Shown here piece by piece: positions 45,201-54,882 of a stretch of 64,000 nt of DNA. The position numbers were made by a program, and so were the translations under genes. Under the pieces are notes generated by a model. That model was given only the letters and a program-made list of their open reading frames with translations, was not told where the DNA came from and made no database searches. The stretch covers positions 3,286,001-3,350,000 of the forward strand of contig OZ218952.1 in assembly GCA_965112735.1 (NCBI GenBank), given 5' to 3'. Position 1 is the first letter of the stretch. Each line of letters starts with the position of its first letter. This DNA is from Phaeosaccion multiseriatum (taxonomy: Eukaryota; Protista; Ochrophyta, other classes).

Positions 45201-48200
45201 GGGAGAGAGGACGGCTCTGCTGAAGGTATCAAAGCCCCCGTGAGCTCCAATGGCAGCCTGGTCCTCCTTACCCTCCGTAAAGTGCGCCAGCAGCCACGCC
45301 ACGAACAACAGGATGGCTCCCTGCCTCTCCTGCCGCTGCCTCTCCAGCCTCTCTCTCTCCGACACCACTCTGCCCCCCCCGGGCACCGGCCCTGACCGAG
45401 AGTGGGGCATGGCCTGCGAGTGGGACTCCGACTGGGACAGTGACTGAGCCAGTGACTGGGCCTGCAGGTGAGGGAGAGGAAGGTCCGTCCGGCTGTACCT
45501 CTCCCCCATGCCCCCCTTAGGGTGGGGGTGCCCTTGCCGCAAGGGATCGGAGAAGGTGCGTGTAAAGCCCAGTACCCCACCACCACCACCACCACCGCCC
45601 GCCCGTCCCCTGGGCTGGGCCGCCCCCCCCCCTGCTCCTCCCCCGCCATCCCCTGGACCAAGGCGGTCAGTGTACATATGGACCTCCAGGCACTGCAGCA
45701 TGTCGACGATGTGGTGCGGGGGCAGGGGAGGCCTGGGCACGTTATCGAACACCACTCCTGCACTGGCCCCCAGAACGTCCAACTCCAGAGTGTACCTTGG
45801 GCAAGCAAGTCAGCAAGTTGGTGAGGGGCAAGTAGGCAAGTTGGTGAGGGGCAAGGACGTCAACGCGCAAGTAAGTCAGGTAAGCGGGTGCAGCTCTAGA
45901 GGAGTATGTGTGTACTGGTTAGAGGAGTATGGGTGTACTGGTTAGAGGAGTATGGGCAGGTGCGCCTTCACAGGTTAGCTAGCAAGGACGGAATCAAAAT
46001 GACCGGTCCCCAACCACCAAGCACACACGACTCGGAAACAAACAAACCAACAAGCAAGCATGCTTCCTCCCCTCCCCTCCCCTCCCACGACCCACCTTAT
46101 GAGCTGTGGCACACTCGATCCATGGCAGATGCGCAAGCGGATCATGCACCAGAGGAAGCGCGTCACCTCGAAGCGAACGTTCTGGAACTTGAGCTGTCGG
46201 TCCCTCCGCTCCAAGGCATTGAGGTTGAAGTTGCCGAGGATGTCTCCGAGCTCCGTGAAGCGGCTCAGAAAAGTCCGAAGGGCTCGCTGGAGCTGCAGTA
46301 CATCGCTATCGGTGTCCATGTCTATCCCTGTGTGCCCCCGAAATCCTCCGCCCCCTTCTTCGTCTTCCATCACCCCCCATCCTCCTCCTCCTCCTTCCGC
46401 TCTACTCTCTCCCCCTCCTTGTCTTTGCTCCCACCGTCCTCCCCCTGCCATCATTGCCCCGTTGTAATTCGCCTGCTCGTCGAACATGTGACCCCCACCT
46501 TGCTGCTGTATCGCCAACTGCTGCTCATCGTAATACCGATCCGCGGCGTCGTAGTCCCGCCCCGCCCCGCACTGCTGCTGCTGCTGCTGTAGCACCAACT
46601 GCTGCTGCTCGTACTGCTGCTCAAACCGTCGCGCATGCTCACGACGATAATGACATCGCTGGTAGTGATGCCACCCGTCGCCCTGCTGATACAGCGGCAG
46701 ACAGAGCGCCGCCAGATTGGCAAACGTGCCGAGGACCCTCTGATGCATGTTCTTGCGTTTGTGGGTGGTGATATGCGAGAAGAGCGTCGCCAGGAAGCCC
46801 TTCTCCGTATGCCCCGGGGTGGACGTAATGTAGTCAACCAGGTGTGCCGTGCAGCTCCTCATGGCCGCGAGGTTCTGAAGGGCGGAGATGACTCGCCGGA
46901 GCACGTCATCCACTTCGTTTGAGTCGCACAGACGTTGCACCAACAGGTCAAGCATCTCGGGCTCCACCTTTTAGGGTGGGTGGGTGGGTGGTCAAGAGGG
47001 GGTGGGCGGGTAAGTTGGTGGATGGGTGGGTGGGTCGAGGGGTGGTTGTCCAAGGTGGGTGGGAGGTTGGTTGTCCAAGGTGGGTGGGTGGTTGGTTGTC
47101 CAAGGTGGGTGGATGATTCAAGTTGGGGTGTTCTACAAGGTGCAGAGCATTATACGCAGCGCACGAACTCTGTTTCTCCTCTTTCTCCCTCCCCTCCTCT
47201 CCCCTCTCCTCCCCTCCATCCCTCTCTCCCTCCATTCCTCTCTCCCTCCCTCGCCTCCCTCGCCTCCCTCACCACCCCCTCTCACTCACCAGCCGCACGC
47301 CGTTCTCCGTCTTCTTGCTGAGGTTCCATACCACACAAGCCATGTTGAGCCTGCACGCCGCCACGTATCGATCCGTCCTCGCCCTCCCCTGCACCTCCTC
47401 ATCCCCCAGCCAGCGCAGCAGGGCGGCCGGGATGGCCTCATCTGCGGCTTGGTACATCTGTATCTTGGAGTCGTCGTGCCAGGAGAGCTTGCAGAGGAAG
47501 GCACTCACCACCACCTGGAGAGGGGGCAACGAGCATGTGTGTGTGTGTGTGTGTGTGAGTGAGAGTGTGCGTGTGTTTGAGTGAGAGTGTGCGTGTGTTT
47601 GAGTGTGAGTGTGCGTGTGTGTGAGGGAGAGAGAGAGTGTGTGTGTGTGAGTGTGCGTGTGTGTGAGGGAGAGAGAGAGAGTGTGTGTGTGTGTACATGA
47701 GAGCGTGTGTGTTGTCATTCCCTGTCACCACCACCCCCCCCATACAACCAACCCTTGACCTTGGTCCATCCTCTCCGTACCACCCCCTCCCAACACCCCC
47801 CCCCCCCAGACAACCAACTCCTGACCTTGGTGGCCAACTGTGAGTAGTTGAGATTGACACACAGTGCCGGCAAGGTCACGAGACACACATCCCCGAGCCT
47901 CCTGGTGGCTTCGCTCACACTCGAAGTATCCCGTGCGTCCCCATCGAGCGGACAGAGACAGCACAACAGACCCACGAGGGACTGGAGAGCCACCTCGGCG
48001 GATCTGCAAGGGGGAAGGGGCAATGCTCCTGCTGCTGCTGCCCCTGCCCCTGCTCGTTGTCCTGCTTCTATACTTGCTTCTGCTCCTCCTCCTGCGGCTG
48101 GTGCTGAGGCTGACGCTGAGGCATCCCCCGGGGGGGAGGAGGAGGTGAAGAAGGAGAAGAAGGAGGAGAACGACGGAGAGCTGGCGACGCCGCCCCCCCC

Positions 48201-49728
48201 ACTTGTACCACCAACCCCCCCACCGCCGCCAGCGGCAAGCGCGGGAGGAGGGGCCAATTTCCTCCCCCCCTCCGTGTCCGCCAAGGCTTCCTCTTGTTTC
48301 CCATCGCCTTCTCCCCCCCTCCCCCCCCTTCCTTCCCCTCCTCCTCTTCCTCCTCCTCCTCCTCCTCCTCCTCCTCCTCCTCCTCCTCTGGCCTGACCCT
48401 CGTGGGCGTGGTGCGGATGGGTGCGGCTGTGGTTGTTGTGATTGTTGTGATGGTTGTAGTGGCTGTGATTGTTGTGATGGTTGTAGTGGCTGTGATTGTT
48501 GTGATGGTTGTAGTGGCTGTGATTGTTGTGGTGGTGTGCGGATCGCTGGCGCCTGCGCTCGAGCTGCTCCTCTCTATCGAAGGCCTCCACGGCATTGGTG
48601 AGGCCTATGCCAGCCACCTGAATACCGAGGGCGGGGGAGGGGGGGGAGATTGGCGCACGCACATGCACGGCTGGGGGTATGGAATAGGAAGGGGTCACCA
48701 TGCCATACCGTGCCAGTAGGCAGAGAAGGTCTGTTCTCCTGGACCCAGTGGAGCAGGAGGGCTTTCATCCTGACACCCAGCAGGGGAGAGCAAGCAGAGG
48801 AGAGGGAGGACCTTTTACCCTGAGACCCCCAACACACTCACGATTCGGAGCATGTCTGGGTTGCCCTTCAGCACCCACTTGAGCTTCGAAGGGAGGGAGA
48901 GAAAGCGCAGATAGTCCGCCATAGGGGCGAGCTCCCAGGGGCTGCCATGGACGACCAGATGCTTCAGGCGGGCCACAAGCATGCGCATCAGAGCGCGCAG
49001 CACCACGGGGGGTGACGACAGGCTTCGGGCCACGAGACCCCACGTGCATCTCCACACCTTTATAAGGACGGGGGGGTCGAGGAGGGAGGGAGAGAAGGGG
49101 GAAGAAGTGGCGGAGGGAGGGGGGGAGGGCGGGCAAGGAGGTCGATAAGGCTGCTGATTGACTGACTGACTGACTGAACGATCCACTGAGCAGCTGACCC
49201 ACTCCCTCCCTCGCTCCCTTTCGCTCCCTCTGTCCCTCCTTCCCTAGGCGATCCACATTCGTCCGGAAAAGGAGTTTGTAGCTCCCATGGCGCGTTTTGT
49301 TTCTCAGAGCACCTTCGATGGCGTCGTCCAGGAGAACATGGACGACTTCGACATTGACGAAGGAGGAAGCTTTGAAAGACGCAGTCAGCCAGTTTGACTC
49401 TCAAGGTGAGTGAGACGAGCAAGCGCTCAACGGGCTCACAATCAGGCTTAAGGCTTATTCCCCGCTTCCAGGGTGTCGGTGTTGTCCCTCCCTCCCTCCC
49501 TGCCTCCCTCCCTACCTACCTGCTTCTGATGGTTGATCTTTTTTGCCACTTTAAGAGCCTTGACCCTGTCCAGTGCGCCGCTCTTGTGTGCGAGGAGCAG
49601 CACCACGGCCTCTCGCAGAGGCTTGATGCGTTCCTCCGCCATACGCCCACTGTTCACGTTCACCCCCGCGGGGCACACATTGCTCACAGCACCAACAGCC
49701 GCACCGGGTCCTCCCCTCTCTCCTCCTC

Positions 49729-49766
<38 letters not shown>

Positions 49767-50955
49767 CCTCCTTCCTCGTGTGTTTGGGCGGCAGCAGGGC
49801 CGGTGGGCTTGGCGCTGGGCTCTGGCCCCAACTGCTGCGCCTGATGACCCTCCTCGGCGCCCATGCCTGCCTCCTCGAGAGCCTCTGCAATATCCTCCGG
49901 CGCGTAGTGCAGCGCTCGAAGAAGGTCCATGCCACTCACGTTGGTCACCTCGTGCTGCAGCTTGGACTTTCCGTCCTGAGGGATGTGGGAGGGGGTTTGC
50001 GTCATTGGCAGCGGCCCAAAAGCGTGAGGCTCGTCCACGCGGTTGTTGTTTTTCATTCAGTGGACAAAGAATCAAACCCAAAGTGCTTCCCCTCCTTTAT
50101 GCTCTTCCTCTTCCTTCCTCCTTCCCCTCCTTCCTCTGGTCTTACCTGCGCGTTGAACCAGGCCGTTACTTCTTCGCATGTCATGCGAGTCAGATCCACC
50201 GCCGCCACTTGCTTCCTCAGGTTGTCCCCTCGGTCCACAGCTTCCCCTGTTCCAGTGGGGTCATCCCCTCCTCCCCCTCCTCCCCCTCCTGCTCGTCCTC
50301 CTCCTCTCGCTGCCCCCGCCGAAGAAGAAGCCGCAGATTCTTGTTGGGGCTTTGCGAGAGCTCTGTACGCGGACGGATTGCTGCCGCTACCGTTACCGCT
50401 ACTATTATTGTCAACTCCTCTGGGAAGCCGCGGTGGCGATGGCTTTAGAGCTGCGATTGGGCCCACTGTTGATGCAGCGGCCCTGCTCCCTGGAGCACCG
50501 GTGGGAACAAGCTCGCCGCTGTCCGCCCTACTCATGAAATCGGAAGGGCGACGCACGGGGCTCCCTGCGGGACTCTTGAGTTGGGAGAGCTTGGAGGAGA
50601 GGGGCGTAGGGCTTCTGGGGTTGGGGTGAGGGCTAGGACCCAGGCTTGCAGGCGGAGAGGGGGATCTGATGCTCTTTGCTGCCCCCCCTCTGCCCGCATC
50701 TTCCACTGCGGCGGCTGCTGCTGCGGTCTCTTTTCCCCTTCCCTCTTGTAAAGACAAGTTTTTACTGGCTGCTGCGGGCTCGTCGCCTACCTTCTCCCCT
50801 CCCTCGCCTGGCCATGCACGACTACTCGTTGCCGCCATCGTCGGCACCGCGGGGATCTGAGCTTTGTCCCCCGCTTTATGGGGAAGGGACGTGCCGTCGT
50901 CCTCCTCCTCCCTCTCGTGCTCCCCTGGTCTCGCTGCAATATTATTTCTCTCCAT
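19704..50955 (-). CDS. Giant multi-exon protein: SAM - ARM/HEAT-like repeats - IQ - SAM - ankyrin repeats - polycystin/TRPP-type cation channel - TRP-like helix - ARM-like tail
   Basis: ATG at 50955. About 44 exons can be chained with GT(GC)-AG sites and matching phases down to ~19.7 kb; a few junctions below ~23 kb and the 3' end (19538-19704) are uncertain. Roughly 20 kb of coding sequence by hand summation. The domain evidence is given in the sub-features; the model could split into two genes. Confidence 0.65.
24555..24750 (-). repeat. Coding (GGA)n(GGT)n tract giving ~65 consecutive Gly
   Basis: (CCT)n/(CCA)n on the + strand inside the exon frame of ORF 23963..25120. Confidence 0.85.
25660..29040 (-). 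CDS. Polycystin-2 (PKD2/TRPP)-like channel domain exons of the giant gene
   Basis: S1: [21 protein letters not shown] domain: [73 protein letters not shown]2/S3: [27 protein letters not shown]4: LLLAWIKLLEPL. S5: [14 protein letters not shown]. Pore: [24 protein letters not shown]6: [18 protein letters not shown], followed by [17 protein letters not shown]. Confidence 0.88.
29725..31748 (-). CDS. Ankyrin-repeat exons of the giant gene
   Basis: [89 protein letters not shown]. Confidence 0.9.
30720..30877 (+). repeat. (GTCA)n intronic microsatellite (another at ~37511-37715)
   Basis: Directly visible. Confidence 0.9.
34205..35214 (-). CDS. SAM-like domain (second) of the giant gene, interrupted by poly-Gly
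   Basis: [19 protein letters not shown]|SLCEGFQ ... [35 protein letters not shown] fits the SAM pattern W..e.V..WL..i.L..y...F....G..L..L..edL. Confidence 0.55.
35345..35562 (+). repeat. Intronic minisatellite, 12/24-bp unit (cccatatgcctg)
   Basis: Tandem cctgcccatatg/cctgcccatacg units. Confidence 0.9.
36577..47514 (-). CDS. ARM/HEAT-like helical repeat region of the giant gene, including an IQ-like motif at ~37415-37450
   Basis: [65 protein letters not shown]...[47 protein letters not shown]; IQ-like [15 protein letters not shown]. Confidence 0.7.
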
Positions 50956-51284
50956 CCTCTATGCGCCCGGCATAAGCCTTCTCCCTATCCCGTCATATCT
51001 TGCGTGCTTCTGCCGCCTTCTCGTACTCAAACCTGCCTTGGCTTGTCTGACTGGCTCAGTATTGTCCACCGATTTTCATGGCCAAAGGCTTGATACGGAT
51101 ACTCGATACTCTGCACTCTGGACGGAAGGTGGAAAAATTCGATACAACTGTATCAAAACCTGGACGACGGGATATCACGACGGTTGCATGTCCTTGACGT
51201 GGTGGTCATTTATGAATGTTGACAAATGGCAAACCTACGCCCCTCCTTCCTTTCCAGATAAAAGATCATCCACACCAACAAAGC
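50956..51284. promoter_or_regulatory. Putative bidirectional promoter (giant channel gene / ankyrin-BTB gene)
   Basis: Divergent ATGs at 50955(-) and 51285(+), separated by a locally AT-richer spacer. Confidence 0.5.
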
Positions 51285-53716
51285 ATGTACATTGAGGAAG
51301 CACTTACGAGAGTGGAAGCATGGGATGAAGGGACCAAGGAGGAAGTGCTTGCTGCCATCCTCGTGTCGGTGGATTTGAATGACACCATCAATGAAGGATG
51401 CCCACTTCTTCACACGCTCGCTGCGGTAAGAGGATGGACCTCAGGACGGGGGGGGGGCGTGGTGTCTCTGCTGATGGAGTGCGGGCTCGCGTTGCCGCCC
51501 ACAGCAGTAGAACAGGCATACGATCACGGACACATGGAGGCGGCAAGAGAGTTCATAGAAGAGGGCGCAGATTGCCTAGGCTTGTGGCATTGCGCATGGA
51601 TAGGCAACACAGGAATGATGCGCTTCTTGTTGGGGAAGGGGGCGAACGTGTCGGGGGGCTTGCATGGTGCTGCTCGCGGGGCGCAGCTGGAGGCGGCGAA
51701 GATGTTGTTGGCGGCGGGCGCGGGGGTCAATGAACGGAATGCGTCGGGCGAGACACCCGCCCAATCCTGCGTGATCAATGACAGCTTTACATCCGAAGAA
51801 GAAAGAGTCCAGGTTCTTCTACTCTTGCTCCAGTATGGGGCCGATGTACACGTCAAGGATCGACACGGGTGGTCTCTCCTGCACCATGCCGCTTCCTCCG
51901 GCGCCGCTGGTTGCGTAGGCGTACTTGTTGCAAAAGGAGTCGAACTGGAAGAAGACAATGGTGAATGCCAAACCGCGCTACATTTGGCCTCATCGAGGGG
52001 GCATGTGTGTTGTGTGGAGGCCCTCGTAGGCGCCGGGGCTGCGGTCGAGGCCGTGAACGGGGATTGTCTGACCCCGCTCCTGTGTGCCGTGAGGGCGGTG
52101 TGTGAGGGAAAGACAGAGGGGAGGGAGTGCATCAGCACACTACTTGCCGCCGGAGCGTCTGTAGCAGTGTGTAGCCCCATGGAAGGGTGTACACCCCTCC
52201 ACATCGCCGCCGCGGGGGGGAACCTGAGGTGCGCCCACATGCTGGTGGAAGCCGGGGCGGATGTCAACAGCCTTGCCACGGGGGCGAGGGAGGGGCAGAG
52301 CCCTCTGGTGTTCGCCATCAGGCCACCGAAAGATGCCGTGATTGGGGACAACGACGAAACACTCGTCATCGACGAGTCTCTGTCAAGGTTGATCAAAGTG
52401 GAGAGTATTCAGTGGGGGGACGTTGAAGGAGAGAAGGACGAGAGGGAAGAGACGGCCGCATTCTTGCTCCGAGTGGGTGCGATAGTGGACGAAGCCGCCA
52501 TCGTCAAGGCGGGAGAGGGGGGTATGGGTGGCATGATTGCCGCATGGATGAACAGCGCCAATGAGACGCGGGATGCTCTGCGTGAGCGTGTTGGGGTTCT
52601 CTCTGACCACATGGTGGGGTGTGTGGCTGGCTTCTCCTCCGATGGGGCGCTGGTGGGCGCCGCGGGTGGTCGAGGGCAAGTGGTGTGTGTGAGCGTGATG
52701 GACAAGAGAGAGAGAGGCGGCGAGGGAGCAGAGGAGAGGCATTTCTCATTGAGTCTGTCGCTGGTGGAGCAGCTGGCCGGGCTCAGTGCCGGCGACGGGG
52801 ACCGAGGGGAGAGGCTGACGGGCATCGTGAGTCACCTGCTTGACCCGGGGGGGTACGGCTTCCGGGAGGAGGGTGGCGCCGGAGAGGCCGGGGGAAGGGA
52901 GAAGGGGAAAGGGAAGGAGAAGGAGACGGAGACGGAGAAGGAGAAGGAGAAGAAGAAGAAGAAGAGCGCAGAGGAGAGAGCACATAGGGGTGTGCGGCTG
53001 GAGTGTGATGGTGAGTGGCCTTCACGGGAGGGAGGGGCGGGCTGAGTTGTGTCTTCCGTAGGCGGTGCACACAAGTCTTCCTTCGGTGCTTGCCTTCTCT
53101 TGCCCCTCGTTGTGACCTCTCGCTGTGCTGTCCTGTAGGACTGAAGCAACGGAGCACACACTCAGCCATCCATTGCCATCCATCCACGCCCCGCCCCTCC
53201 CTCCCTCTTGTCCCACCCCACCCCGCTGCCCCTCCACGAACGGCAGGCACGGACTTTACGCCGGACGGCTTTGCGGCGGTGGTGTCGTTCCTGACCACCG
53301 GTACAGTGGAGCATGTTCTTACAAGCAAGAGCAGGAAGAGGAAGAGGGGTGAGGAGGATGGAGAGAGCAGTAGCAGTAGCACTGGCGGTGGCGGTATTTT
53401 CAATGGGGAGCTTGCCAAGCTTGCCCTGCAAGCGGCGGACTTCTTCTGTATCGAGGGTATGGAGGAGGAGGTGCTCGTGCTGATGGCAGCCTACGGCTTT
53501 GAGCTGCAAAGCGAGAGAGACGAGGAGGAGGAGGAAGAAGAGGGGGAGGAAGAGGGAGAGGAGGAGGAGGAGGAGGAGGAGGAGGAGGAGGGGGGGGGGG
53601 GAGAGGGGGAGGAGGAGGACGGAGAGGATAGGAGGGGAGGCGGGAGGAAGAGGGGGGGAGGAGGCCAAGGAGGGAGGAAGAGGAGGACGAGGAGGAGGAG
53701 GAGGAGCGATAGGTAG
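51285..53716 (+). CDS. Ankyrin repeat + BTB/POZ domain protein (2 exons: 51285-53010, 53247-53716)
   Basis: Ankyrin motifs GLHGAARG, GWSLLHHAA, QTALHLAS, LTPLLCAV, GCTPLHIAA. A phase-1 intron (GATG|gtgagt ... ggcag|GC) joins to BTB-like DFTPDGFAAVVSFLTTG...LALQAADFFCIEGM, followed by an acidic/basic tail. Confidence 0.75.
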
Positions 53717-53910
53717 GGGAGGAGGACAAGCTGTAGTAGTAGTAGTAGTAGTAGTACTAGTAGTAGTACTAGTACTACTAGTACTAGTAGTAGAAGGACT
53801 AGTAGTAGTGGTAGGAGGCCTTGGAGGAGTTATTTTAATTTAATTTTAAAATTAAAACATACAAAATGGACAAGAAGTAAGCAACAATTGTAGCAGTTGG
53901 AGTAGCAGAC

Positions 53911-54677
53911 ACGCCCTCTGTAGCCCCCAACGTTGTGAGCTCGGACGCGTCGTGCGAGTGCACCATCCCCCCGGCGTGCGCCCAGCTGGCCTCCATTATT
54001 GAAGCCTCCTACCTCACGCTCTCCGGCCAGTGCCTCGAGATATCCGAAGACTGTGCCATCACGGGCTTCGGCCGCTGTAGCACCACCGCACCAATTGCCA
54101 CCGAGGAACCCTTCGTACCCGCCCAGGACTCTCCTCTCTGCATCTGTGACGGTTTCGTCGGAGAGGGCGGTTTCGAAGAGACCTGCTACGTCGATCTCAG
54201 CTGTGTGTCGGGCGACCTCGGCTGCAACGCCAGAGGAGTCCTCTCCTGCCGCTACTGCGGATTCGGGCCGTACTCGGACATCGCCTGCCCTTAGGCAGGC
54301 CTTTGTTGCGCCCCCGTGTTTTGGAGCCTTCTCGTCATGGGGAGGGGAAGGGAAGGGAGTTATTGTGTATCAGATATAAGCTGAGGCTCTTGTGGTGATG
54401 GAGACGTGCCCGTCCGTGCTTGGAGCCTTCTCCTCGAACGGGAAAAGCTTTGTATCATACTACAAAAGTATATCATAATTGGGTACTTTGTTGGGTCCTT
54501 TCGGGCCGGTGGGAAGAAGCAATGCCCGTCGAAGCGCCTTGGGGGAGTTATGAGCAATATCAATTGTAGCAGTTGGAGTAGCAGAGAAGAGGAAGGAGGA
54601 AGAAGGGGAGTATGTTGTGAACGAATATGCCACTAATAAAACCCTGTGGTGAACCCTTTTTGTTATCTTTTTCAAGA
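53911..54677 (+). pseudogene. Orphan duplicate of the last exon (53924-54294) and 3' flank of the downstream Cys-rich gene
   Basis: Near-identical to 57444-~58200 (offset 3533 bp) and retains the acceptor AG. No upstream exons lie between it and the ankyrin-BTB stop. Confidence 0.75.
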
Positions 54678-54882
54678 TCCCCCTATAAGGCAGCAGAGAA
54701 AAAGTATATCAGAAAAAAGGCGCTTGTTCCCTCCCTTTTACGCTCTGTGGGGAACTTGGTTCCCCTTCATTCCCCACACACAGCTTCACACACCGCGTAG
54801 ATTGCTTTGCACCAGCAGGAGCAGCAGCAGCAGTAGGAGCAAACGAACACGTGCTCGTTCAGCTACAGCCCCTGCATTTGCA

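Noticed and set aside
53712-53924. Splicing of the ankyrin-BTB gene into the orphan Cys-rich exon
   Set aside because: The candidate donor (AG|gtaggg) is phase 2 while the acceptor is phase 1, so they are out of frame.
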